Below, in pieces: positions 16,264-25,522 of a DNA stretch of 64,000 nt. A program made the translations under genes and the position numbers. The stretch spans positions 1 through 64,000 of IMG/VR virus record IMGVR_UViG_3300042519_000373; one strand, given 5' to 3'. The notes under the pieces are model-generated. The model searched no databases, was not told where the DNA came from, and saw nothing but the letters and a program-made list of their open reading frames with translations. The stretch is from an uncultured virus (IMG/VR IMGVR_UViG_3300042519_000373) (lineage: Duplodnaviria; Heunggongvirae; Uroviricota; Caudoviricetes). Position 1 is the stretch's first letter; each line of letters opens with the position of its first letter.

Positions 16264-18041
16264 TATGCTTCTACGTAGTCGACATTATTTGAGTAAGAAG
16301 TAAAACCGTTCTCTTTAATAACTTTCAAGACGTTGTTTACTCGTCCTACTAGCTCATCTTTGTGTGAGATTAAGTATATATTCTTATTTCTTTCACGTGC
16401 CATCTTCTTTAGAACAGCTAAACCAGACTCTACACCTGCCGCATCCATGCCCGCATCAATCAATTCGTCAATGAATAATAGATTAATGTGTTGATATAAG
16501 TTTTCCCATACATCACGGAATGCCCAACTTAGACTCAAGATGAGTCTATTTCGTTCACCTCTGCTGAGATTATCGAAGTCTAAGTCCTGTCCTAGCTGTG
16601 TGATTTCAACATTTAGATCGTTTTGGAACACAACTTGATGCGGTAATCCCATCTTGCTGATATAGTAGCTCAATCGCTTATTCAAATGTGCTAAATTTTG
16701 ATCAATGATCTTCTTACGTATGAAGCTATCTTTGTTTGTTAACAGTTTTAATAAGAATTCTTGATGATCTTTTAATTTTGATAACTCGTTAACAGTAGAC
16801 CAGTCAATTACCTGAATCGCAGTTTTCTTCAATTCTGCAATTTGCTCGTCGTATGGGTTTGTTTCTTCGGCTTTGGCTTCTAAGGCACGTTCTAACGTTG
16901 CTAGATTGTTTTTATGTCCTAGTGCTTCTGCTTCAGTATCGTAAAATGTATTAGGCTTATGTAGGGTGTCTCCGTTACCTATCTCAGCTAAGGTCTTTTC
17001 TAAATCACCAGAGACTTTATCAAAGTATGTTTGTGCTTCTGATAGATGTTGTACAGCAGATGTAGACATCTCTTCGTGTTTATGATCGTGCAGTTCTTGA
17101 TCACATGCTGGGCATGTTTTACTTTCTAACGATTCAACCTCACGTAGATATTTGTCTCTAGCCTTTTGTGCTTGTCCGACAGCTGATTCTAACGTGGCTC
17201 TTTGTTTGTTTAAGTTACGAATCTTTAAATCGTGTTCGTTCCATAGTTTTAAATTTATATGGGCAATTAGTTCAGCTTCGATATCTACAGCTTCTAAATT
17301 TATGATAGCTTTACCAAGGCTTTCTAATTCACTAGTGTATTTGTTACCCCATGCGGAACTTTTAATAATCAAACTATCAATACTTTTCTGAACATTTTCG
17401 TTTGCAGTTTTAATGCCTTCGATTTTATATGTTTCTGATTGAATAGAGTCTTTGACCACTTTAACTTCTGCTTTTAATCGTTCTGCTTTTTCAGAAAGTA
17501 AAGTAATGCCCAGTAATTGTTCAATAACTTCCCGTTGATCAGCAGCCTTCATACTTAAAAACGGCTCAGTATACGTGTTGAGAGCAACAAGATGCTTGAA
17601 CATAGTATGACTCATGCCTAGCAATTCTTCAATGGTCTTCTGAGTTTCTCTACTATCTCCTTGACTATCGTCGTCATCCTTGCTTTTTTGTTCTTGATTG
17701 TTAACAAAGAACTTCAGTACGTTGGGTTTACGCCCCCGCTCAATTCTAAAACTTTGACTATTAACATCAAATTCAACAGTAACCAGCATGTGCTTTGCAT
17801 TAGTTTTGTTAATTAGGTTTTCTTTTTTGATGTTTGTTAAGGCAGTTCCGTACAATGCATAACTTAATGCATTAATCATAGTGGTCTTGCCAGTTCCGTT
17901 ACGTGACCCGCTATCATCTCCGCCTAAGTCAATGTTTTCGCCTAGTACTAGTGTAAGATGCTCTTTGTCAAAATCAACAGCTTGAGTTTGATTTCCTACG
18001 GATAAGAAATTCTTTACGGTTATATTTTTAATTTTGAACAT
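16263..18041 (-). CDS. gp46: Recombination endonuclease ATPase subunit (gp46/SbcC/Rad50-like)
   Basis: Walker A 'NGTGKT', zinc hook 'CPAC', signature 'LSRGE', Walker B 'LLFIDE', 'ISHK'. Confidence 0.95.
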   Translation of the reverse strand: MFKIKNITVKNFLSVGNQTQAVDFDKEHLTLVLGENIDLGGDDSGSRNGTGKTTMINALSYALYGTALTNIKKENLINKTNAKHMLVTVEFDVNSQSFRIERGRKPNVLKFFVNNQEQKSKDDDDSQGDSRETQKTIEELLGMSHTMFKHLVALNTYTEPFLSMKAADQREVIEQLLGITLLSEKAERLKAEVKVVKDSIQSETYKIEGIKTANENVQKSIDSLIIKSSAWGNKYTSELESLGKAIINLEAVDIEAELIAHINLKLWNEHDLKIRNLNKQRATLESAVGQAQKARDKYLREVESLESKTCPACDQELHDHKHEEMSTSAVQHLSEAQTYFDKVSGDLEKTLAEIGNGDTLHKPNTFYDTEAEALGHKNNLATLERALEAKAEETNPYDEQIAELKKTAIQVIDWSTVNELSKLKDHQEFLLKLLTNKDSFIRKKIIDQNLAHLNKRLSYYISKMGLPHQVVFQNDLNVEITQLGQDLDFDNLSRGERNRLILSLSWAFRDVWENLYQHINLLFIDELIDAGMDAAGVESGLAVLKKMARERNKNIYLISHKDELVGRVNNVLKVIKENGFTSYSNNVDYVEA

Positions 18042-19054
18042 TATAGATTATTATAGATATCTAGTAGAACTTTTTTATCGAACGAATCGCTTTCGATTGC
18101 GACTAGTTGTTCTGTCACGATTTGATCAACACTTTCAAATTTTGAGTCAGCAGTGTCTTCAGTTACGGCATCTAGATTATCTTTGTCTTGAATTAAACTG
18201 ATTTCTCGAATGTCATGTGCTGCAACAAATGTTTCTTTGATAAAGTTTGCTTCTTCAAAGCTGATATCAATGTCAAGATTAACTTTTAAATACATCTTAC
18301 TCTTCATCAATGTATCTTTTTCGTCAAGTAATCGACTGAGTTTCAAGCTACGGAACTTGGGAGCGTCCGGCCAAAGTCTATATTCTGGCTTTCCTCCCCA
18401 GGACATAAACATCATTCCTCTGTCATCGTCCCACGTATCTGAGAAATTATGTGGAAATGCGTTACCGATATAGACAATTTTATCTCGTTGCTGACGCTTG
18501 TGGAAGTGACCGCTAAACACATAGTCTTGATGTTTAAAGTGTTCTGCTTTTAGCTCGCCGTGATCGGGCATTTGAACCATTGCATTCATATAGAATAGCG
18601 GTAATTCAAAGTGTCCAAACATGTATTTGCTCTTAACTTGACTAATAGTTTTCCACTCGTCGCCAACTAACCACGGTACTAGGGTAACATCACCTATGGT
18701 TGTTACTTTTTCAACTACAGTGACACCGGGAATGTGCCGACCAAATGACGAACTGTGAATATCACGCTTGTCTTTATAGAATAAATCGTGATTACCTGGA
18801 AACCAGTAGAACTGCTCAAAGGCAGCACCTAGCTTTTCTAAGCACCGCATACTGGTATCTAACGTAATTAGATTGATAGAGTTGCGGTTGTGATGCCAGT
18901 CACCGAGAAAGATACAGGTTTCGCACCCTTCTTTCTCAGCTTCTGAAATAAACCAATCTACAAAGTCTTCACAATCTTGATTATGTGTAGCACTGTTGGA
19001 CTTGAGTCCGAAATGTATGTCTGTAAAACATGCAACTTTCTTGAATAACTGCAT
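18041..19054 (-). CDS. gp47: Recombination endonuclease nuclease subunit (gp47/SbcD/Mre11-like)
   Basis: Metallophosphoesterase motifs 'TDIHFG', 'LGDWHH', 'GNHD', 'GHF', 'SGHFH'. Confidence 0.95.
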   Translation of the reverse strand: MQLFKKVACFTDIHFGLKSNSATHNQDCEDFVDWFISEAEKEGCETCIFLGDWHHNRNSINLITLDTSMRCLEKLGAAFEQFYWFPGNHDLFYKDKRDIHSSSFGRHIPGVTVVEKVTTIGDVTLVPWLVGDEWKTISQVKSKYMFGHFELPLFYMNAMVQMPDHGELKAEHFKHQDYVFSGHFHKRQQRDKIVYIGNAFPHNFSDTWDDDRGMMFMSWGGKPEYRLWPDAPKFRSLKLSRLLDEKDTLMKSKMYLKVNLDIDISFEEANFIKETFVAAHDIREISLIQDKDNLDAVTEDTADSKFESVDQIVTEQLVAIESDSFDKKVLLDIYNNL

Positions 19055-19076
19055 TAATGTGAGTCTCCTACTTGAT

Positions 19077-19106
19077 AGTATAGCAGATTATTGTTATGCA
19101 GATCAA
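19077..19106 (-). promoter_or_regulatory. Possible sigma70-type promoter with extended -10
   Basis: TTGATC-N18-TATACT, with TG just upstream of the -10, ahead of gp47. Confidence 0.45.
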
Positions 19107-20008
19107 GCCCCTTCTTCTTCTTCGATGTCCGGTTCTTCTGATTTTGGCTGTCTAAAATGTTTATACAGCTCTGCTTGGCGAGCAGTTTCTTCAGCAAACT
19201 CGTCTCGGTATTGTCGAGTTGAGCTAGGAGTTAATCCGTTGACTTCTAGCATATCGTCTCGAATGTTTTGCATTTTCTTTTCGATATTGAGTACTCTGGT
19301 AAAGCTATTAGTCACTGCGGCAGTGTAATATGCAAACGGATTCTCAGATTTAGACTCGTCAAACTGTAGACCAATTTGACTTAGTTGTAGAATTGCTTGC
19401 CCACGCATTTCTTCGTTGTAAGTGTACCCACGCCAATTAGACCTTTGTGCATATCGTTCACTTAACTTGATAAACATCTTACCTAGATTTTCAGTAATGC
19501 GGCCGTGCTCTTTTGAAAATGCACCTGTGTCCACGGGACCTTTCCAGTGACTCTTTCCTACGCACACTAGTTCGTCGTTCTCGTTGTATTTCCAGTGCTG
19601 GAAAGGAGGAAAGTTAATCTTGTCGTGAGCATCTGCGGTGCTCTTAACGGTCTTTTTCCTACCAGGTGCAGTTGGAATATGATCAAAAGTCATTACTCTA
19701 AACACTAAGTCTATTTTTGGAATAGTTTTATAGTCAGGAGTACATTCTGCTAACTTTATTTTCTTATCTCCCGCAATTCTTGCCTCAGTGAATGCAATAA
19801 TTCCTAATCGTTTTGCACGATTTCTTTTTGCTTCAGCAGCCGTTCGAATATTGATCTTGTCAACATTTGGTAAAATCAAATCATGCTGATTATATTCTGG
19901 ACTGGTAAAACTTGAAAAAGTATTCTTACTCTTGTGAATTTCTGCTAATAAATCTTTATTATTAAGGTACCGGACTTTGCGACCAGTTGGTGATATTGTT
20001 ATGGACAT
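19103..20008 (-). CDS. gp55: Late transcription sigma factor (gp55-like)
   Basis: 'YLNNKDLLAEI', 'NWRGYTYNEEM', 'FDESKSENPFAYYT...NSF'; TAAATA boxes ahead of the structural genes. Confidence 0.88.
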   Translation of the reverse strand: MSITISPTGRKVRYLNNKDLLAEIHKSKNTFSSFTSPEYNQHDLILPNVDKINIRTAAEAKRNRAKRLGIIAFTEARIAGDKKIKLAECTPDYKTIPKIDLVFRVMTFDHIPTAPGRKKTVKSTADAHDKINFPPFQHWKYNENDELVCVGKSHWKGPVDTGAFSKEHGRITENLGKMFIKLSERYAQRSNWRGYTYNEEMRGQAILQLSQIGLQFDESKSENPFAYYTAAVTNSFTRVLNIEKKMQNIRDDMLEVNGLTPSSTRQYRDEFAEETARQAELYKHFRQPKSEEPDIEEEEGA

Positions 20009-20031
20009 CTATTGATTGTCTCCTTTTGTTA

Positions 20032-20061
20032 AGTGTAGCATTTTAACTACACCGCAGTCAA
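20032..20061 (-). promoter_or_regulatory. Sigma70-type promoter for the gp55 operon
   Basis: TTGACT-N18-TACACT with extended -10 TG, followed by an AAGGAGA RBS. Confidence 0.55.
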
Positions 20062-20090
20062 CCATTAAAATGGTGTTTTATTTATTGGGT

Positions 20091-20096
20091 TAAATA
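20091..20096 (+). promoter_or_regulatory. Late promoter core for the baseplate operon
   Basis: TAAATA followed by AGGAGA RBS and ATG 20116. Confidence 0.65.
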
Positions 20097-20115
20097 CACT
20101 ATAGGAGATATTACG

Positions 20116-21537
20116 ATGCCGTGGAGAGTACTACCGTCTGGTGAAATGTTACAAGTTACTCAAGCAGAATTTAATGCTTGGAATACTGAAAACGGCTTGC
20201 CCACAACTGATCAGATGAAAACTGGCACCGCCTATGCTAAAACAATAGCAGTAGATGCACAGGACAAAGTAAATGAAGCCCGCCAATCTTCAGCTAGGTC
20301 TTCGCGAGCAATAGAAACTTCCTTGCAAAATCAAACTCAGGCTGACGGCAAAGTTTTTCAGAACGAAAGTACTACTAGATTTTTAGAAAGACAAAATCAA
20401 AGAACGGACATAACACCAGAACAACGTGCTAGGAACGAAACTAGAATTCAAGAATTAACTGCGGAAAAAGAACAACTGGCCGCAGATGCTGAATTAGCTC
20501 GAGTCCAAGTTGCTGATACCTTAGACGGTAAACAAGCAGCCGAAGCAGAAAGAAAAGATGCAGAATCTAGATTTGAAGAAACAAAATCTGCCTACGAAGA
20601 AGTTAGTGACTTAGAAGATAAAGAAATTCGAGACGTGATAATGAGTGACGATGCACTAAATTATACCGCAACTATTAAAATAACAGATCCTGATTTAATA
20701 AATGACTCTGAATCAGATGCAGAAACTGAAGCAAAGTACGCAGACCCTAATAACACACCCAACGAAGATCCTTTCTTATTGTCAGGCGACGAATCATCGG
20801 AACAAACTGATGATTTTGATCTGTCAGATCGATATGCACCCGATGACTCTTCAGATGAAACGTATGCAAAAGAAAACAGAAGCGGAGTTCCAGTTGGTGC
20901 CGAACGATCTAGGTCGATAACAAAGGCGTCTGCAGACTGGGCAGAAACAAAAGACCTTCGAGCTATACTAAGAGTTCCGCAATCATATCTTAAAGGACCA
21001 GCGGCCGGTCCGGGTAAAATTCTAAATGACTTTGGAGGAATACTTTTTCCCTACACTCCTACCATTAGTTATGATAATCAAGCACAGTACGGTTCAGTGA
21101 ACCCTGTACATAGTAACTATACACAATATTATTTTAAAAGCAGCCAAGTTGGGCAAATCACTATTAGTGCAAAGTTTACAGTTCAAAACGAAAAAGAAGG
21201 TAAAGTGTGGCTAGGCATTGTACACTTGTTAAGGTCCCTGACTAAGATGCGTTGGGGCAAAGATTCTAACGCAGGAAGTCCGCCACCAGTTTGCAGATTA
21301 GAAGCATACGGTGATTATGTTTTAAGAAATGTTCCCGTAGTAATTTCTAGTTTTAAATTTGATTTACCTGATAGCGTAGATTATATTTCTGTTGGCGGCG
21401 ACTATAAAAACAGTTTAGTTCCTTCTATTACTACTTTTAACATTGGATTGAATGTTATGTACAGCAGAAGAGAAATGCAAGACTATTCAGTTGATGATTG
21501 GATTGCAGGAGACCTTAGAGGTCAGGGATATCTATAA
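20116..21537 (+). CDS. Baseplate/tail-tube initiator-like protein (gp48/gp54-like) with a long N-terminal extension
   Basis: C-terminal 'GILFPYTPTI...HSNY...GSPPPVCRLEAYGDY..NVPVVI' tube-cap-like domain, directly before the LysM gene. Confidence 0.65.
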   Translation: MPWRVLPSGEMLQVTQAEFNAWNTENGLPTTDQMKTGTAYAKTIAVDAQDKVNEARQSSARSSRAIETSLQNQTQADGKVFQNESTTRFLERQNQRTDITPEQRARNETRIQELTAEKEQLAADAELARVQVADTLDGKQAAEAERKDAESRFEETKSAYEEVSDLEDKEIRDVIMSDDALNYTATIKITDPDLINDSESDAETEAKYADPNNTPNEDPFLLSGDESSEQTDDFDLSDRYAPDDSSDETYAKENRSGVPVGAERSRSITKASADWAETKDLRAILRVPQSYLKGPAAGPGKILNDFGGILFPYTPTISYDNQAQYGSVNPVHSNYTQYYFKSSQVGQITISAKFTVQNEKEGKVWLGIVHLLRSLTKMRWGKDSNAGSPPPVCRLEAYGDYVLRNVPVVISSFKFDLPDSVDYISVGGDYKNSLVPSITTFNIGLNVMYSRREMQDYSVDDWIAGDLRGQGYL

Positions 21538-21830
21538 TGTATTCAAAAACAAGTCCGTATTTTACAACCAATGCCACTGGGTCTTATCTTGACTTACTAA
21601 GTCTTAGAGATATTCCTGCTCAAAGTGATGATATTCTGTTCACAGTAACTCAACAATATTCTAATCGTCCTGATTTATTAGCGTACGACCTTTATAGTGA
21701 TGCTAATCTTTGGTGGGTGTTTGCTGTGAGAAATAAGTCAGTTATTAAAGATCCTGTCTTTGATATGATACCTGGACAAAAAATTTACTTGCCTAAGTTG
21801 TCTACTATTAATTCTATATTGGGATTGTAA
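21537..21830 (+). CDS. gp53: Baseplate wedge LysM protein (gp53-like)
   Basis: 'RPDLLAYDLY....LWWVF..RN...PG.KIYLP'. Confidence 0.85.
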   Translation: MYSKTSPYFTTNATGSYLDLLSLRDIPAQSDDILFTVTQQYSNRPDLLAYDLYSDANLWWVFAVRNKSVIKDPVFDMIPGQKIYLPKLSTINSILGL

Positions 21831-21831
21831 T

Positions 21832-24800
21832 ATGGCATCAGCTACTACCGTAGTTTTTAAAACAAAAACTGAAACTATTTCTCAGCCTTCTCCTACTGGT
21901 GCTCGTACTGCTAGCAATACTCCTGGAGAAACAGAGAATGTTCTAAACAGATATAGAAACGTTACCTATAACCTTACATTGGCAGCACTAACTGCTGATA
22001 ATTTAAAAGATCCTAGCGGCTACAGAAATAAAAAATTAAAATATGTAATTGCTTCTTCAAAAGGAAAAGGTTCTAAGGCAATCTCAGAAGACATCACCGC
22101 CAAGCGAACTGATATCTTTGAAGATAGAAATATTGAAGAAGATGGTAGATTTTTAGGGTCAGAAAAAGTACTAGCAGGTACTAAATTAGATTTCAGTGCT
22201 AAAGAAATAATTCAAGAATTTAATAAAGTTAGTCCTGGAAAATTTGATCTTTTCATTGATGGACTAGAAGTAGAAACCTTACTAGCACCTAATAAACAAA
22301 CCGGCCCAGCCATTGCTACTAAAGTTAAGTTTGAAATATTTGAGCCAATGAGTGCCAATGGCTTTATCGAAGCTTTGCATGTATCTGCTCTGGCTGCAGG
22401 GTGGACTGGATATCTTAATGCATGTTATGTAATAAAACTTGATTTTATTGGCTATCCTGACGATGTGCCCGGACCTGTATCAGACTCAGAGGTAATTAAT
22501 GCCACTCGCTACTTTCCAATTAAGTTAACCGGCACTGAGATGGAAGTAACAGAAACCGGCACCAAGTACAGAGTAAGTGCAGTTCCTTACAACGAATCGG
22601 GTTTTGCAAACCCCAATACCATTTATACAGATATCTCGTTTGGTGGAAACACTGTTAAAGAAGTAATTGAGAGTTTGTTTGAAGGAATTAATAAGAGTAC
22701 TCGAGAACGTGCTGCAAAAGAAAAAACAGCCGAAGCAGCAAAAATTATAGATGAGTATCAGGTATTTTTTCCTGCAATGCCTTCTGCAGGATCTAGTTTA
22801 AAAATTGAAACTACTGATACTGCAATTTCTAAAGCAAACATTAATGAACAACTTCGATCAAATGCTGTTTACAAATTTCCACCCATTGAGAAAAGTCCTA
22901 CAGTGACATCACCAGCAGGCGGTCGCGGTTCAGGATATAATGATCCGAGAAGAACTGACGCAGGGGAAATTCCTAAACGTTACGACCCTCAGCAGAATCA
23001 AATTCAGTTTGCTGCAAACTCTAATATCCACGAAATTATTGAAGCAGTGATTCGAGATAGTTTATACTTTGAACAAATATTAAAAGATGTTGAAGCTGCT
23101 AAGAAGTCAGACGGAATGATTGATTATTTTCAAATAATGATCAACACCGTACCTGGCCCAATGGACACTACTTTTAATCAACAAAGATTTATCTATCAAT
23201 ATATAATTTGTCCGTATCGTGTACATTATTCTAAGTTGCCCGGACAACAAAATGCAAACTTTAATGCAGCTTCTATGAAAAATTATGTAAAGAGAGTTTA
23301 CAATTATCTTTACACAGGTAAAAACATTGATGTTCTAAGTTTTAGATTAAATTTTAATAATTTATTCTTCCAGGCTGCTAACCCTAAAATGGGTAATAAT
23401 GATAAGTCGGACACTAGTCAGGGTGCTGGTGCATCTAATGATCCGGTAGTCAAAGCTCCTAACAACGGTGCTAAAGATGCACCGAAAGATCAAAATGATA
23501 GAGCAGCGGGCCTTCCTGACAGTGAAGCAGGATCTACTAATGCTCGCGGACAGCCGATACAACAGAATCCTTACTATCAAATTGCATATGCTGCCCACCA
23601 GGCCATATTAGAAAGCGTTAATATGCTTACTGGTGAGATTGAGGTCCTGGGAGATCCTTTTTATCTTGCAACAGGCGGGATGGGAAACTTTTTGCCAAGT
23701 TTAAAAGATACTGCAATTACCACTACTGGAGAAGCCAATTTTAACAACGGTCCTGTGGTAGTAAAAATTAATTTTAGAAATCCAATAGATATCAATGAAC
23801 AAACTGGCCTTGCTGAATTTAGCAAAACAGCAGTGCCTTTCAGCGGAGTCTATCAAGTATTAAAATGCCAAAGTACATTAAGAGATGGTGCATTTAAACA
23901 AAAATTAAACATTATGCGATACAACGGTCAGATCACAGACGGATCTGATCTTAAAGAAACAAAAGCACAGCAGTCGATACAAGATAGCAAGCCCGGCGAA
24001 CAGCAAATAGTTGACCGTGCACCAAGTGATGTTGCACGATCAGGTATTAAACCCAACGAAGCAAATTTAGCCGGATGGATTGATCAAGGATTGCCGTCCG
24101 TTGGCCTGCCTGGACAATTTGCCAACCTCTTAGGTGCAGGAAATCAAGCATTAAAAACAGTGACCGGTGCGTTAGGTCCTGGAGCAAATGTACTAAATCA
24201 AGTAAGCAATCTGGCAGGAGGCTTAGGCATCGGAGATGCATTAACAGGCATCAATCCTCTATCTAAAGGAATACCGATCAATGTAAGTTCACTAGCAATA
24301 TTAAACGGTAATCCGTTAGCCACAGCAGCATCATTGAACCAGGTAGGAAATCAACTTAAATCTTTAGTTCCCGGAAACGTTGACGGACTTATTAATGTAC
24401 AGTCGGCACAAGATGCGTCAAGTATTTTGAATAGAGCAGCAAGCGGTGCATCGTCAGTAGTTAACGGAGTAGCAAAAGGTGCAGAAAGCCTTGTAGCATC
24501 TGCAGGTGCAGGAGTTAGTAATCTATTAGATTCTGCTAAAGGATTAGGAGACACTTCTGGACTTGTTAATAATGTTCAAGGGAAATTAGCTAACTTAACT
24601 TCTGGTGGTATCAGCAGTCTAACACCGCTACAGAAATCTGCGGTAATGCAAGATGCGATTGATAAAGGAATCCCAGTTGATCAGGCTTTGAGAAACGCAC
24701 AATTATTTGGAGTTAATGTTGAAGGATTTGAAACCAACTCTAGTGCAATGGCAGCGAAATTAGGAATTGATACTTCACAGTTGTCCGGCCTAACTGGCAA

Positions 24801-25521
24801 ATTAGATAGCAAAGTAATTTCTGAACTACAGTCTGTTGTAAAAGAGTTGCCTGACAATGTTAATTTGACATCTGTTAAAGAACAGGGCATTATTCTTGCA
24901 AATATTGGCAAAGATGCACTAAAGAATATTCCTGCAATTCCTCCAAAAGTAATAGCACCTATTGCAGAATTACCTACCCCTGCAATGTCAGACACATTAT
25001 CTGTGGCTGAAAGATCTAAAGTAATTAATCATGCAATTGCAAATGGCATACCTGTTGATCAGGCATTAAGAAATGCATCATTATTTGGCGGAACAGGCAG
25101 CATACCTAGCCTAAATGGATCTGCACTAGGATCATTAGCTGCCCTTGGTAAATCTTCAGCAGACATGCTAACTGGTAAAATTTCTTCAATACAACAAGGT
25201 ATATCGGGAGTTGTGGGACAGAGCGGTAGATTACAAGCCGGCCTTACCACAGCAATGGGCATTCCGGGGTCAGTTGAAAGTCAACTATCGTCGGTTCAAA
25301 AAATGTTAGGTAACCCTGAATCAGGAGTAACTCAATTATCAAATTTAGGAAAAAGTGTTACTGCACAGTTTGGAAGTTTATCAGCAGCTTCTGCCAGTCC
25401 CTTAGAGAAGTTCATGAACAACTCTGTAAATAGCCTAAACGATCCAAACGCTCCGCCATACACAGGAACTGACCCTATCGTAAGAAGAAGGTTAGGTTTG
25501 CCTCCTATAGAAGAAGCATAA
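21832..25521 (+). CDS. Baseplate hub protein (gp27/VgrG-like) with a long low-complexity C-terminal extension
   Basis: Lies between LysM and spike genes; 'IEVLGDPFYL' and 'FSGVYQV....ST...GAFKQKL' hub motifs. Confidence 0.7.
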   Translation: MASATTVVFKTKTETISQPSPTGARTASNTPGETENVLNRYRNVTYNLTLAALTADNLKDPSGYRNKKLKYVIASSKGKGSKAISEDITAKRTDIFEDRNIEEDGRFLGSEKVLAGTKLDFSAKEIIQEFNKVSPGKFDLFIDGLEVETLLAPNKQTGPAIATKVKFEIFEPMSANGFIEALHVSALAAGWTGYLNACYVIKLDFIGYPDDVPGPVSDSEVINATRYFPIKLTGTEMEVTETGTKYRVSAVPYNESGFANPNTIYTDISFGGNTVKEVIESLFEGINKSTRERAAKEKTAEAAKIIDEYQVFFPAMPSAGSSLKIETTDTAISKANINEQLRSNAVYKFPPIEKSPTVTSPAGGRGSGYNDPRRTDAGEIPKRYDPQQNQIQFAANSNIHEIIEAVIRDSLYFEQILKDVEAAKKSDGMIDYFQIMINTVPGPMDTTFNQQRFIYQYIICPYRVHYSKLPGQQNANFNAASMKNYVKRVYNYLYTGKNIDVLSFRLNFNNLFFQAANPKMGNNDKSDTSQGAGASNDPVVKAPNNGAKDAPKDQNDRAAGLPDSEAGSTNARGQPIQQNPYYQIAYAAHQAILESVNMLTGEIEVLGDPFYLATGGMGNFLPSLKDTAITTTGEANFNNGPVVVKINFRNPIDINEQTGLAEFSKTAVPFSGVYQVLKCQSTLRDGAFKQKLNIMRYNGQITDGSDLKETKAQQSIQDSKPGEQQIVDRAPSDVARSGIKPNEANLAGWIDQGLPSVGLPGQFANLLGAGNQALKTVTGALGPGANVLNQVSNLAGGLGIGDALTGINPLSKGIPINVSSLAILNGNPLATAASLNQVGNQLKSLVPGNVDGLINVQSAQDASSILNRAASGASSVVNGVAKGAESLVASAGAGVSNLLDSAKGLGDTSGLVNNVQGKLANLTSGGISSLTPLQKSAVMQDAIDKGIPVDQALRNAQLFGVNVEGFETNSSAMAAKLGIDTSQLSGLTGKLDSKVISELQSVVKELPDNVNLTSVKEQGIILANIGKDALKNIPAIPPKVIAPIAELPTPAMSDTLSVAERSKVINHAIANGIPVDQALRNASLFGGTGSIPSLNGSALGSLAALGKSSADMLTGKISSIQQGISGVVGQSGRLQAGLTTAMGIPGSVESQLSSVQKMLGNPESGVTQLSNLGKSVTAQFGSLSAASASPLEKFMNNSVNSLNDPNAPPYTGTDPIVRRRLGLPPIEEA

Positions 25522-25522
25522 T

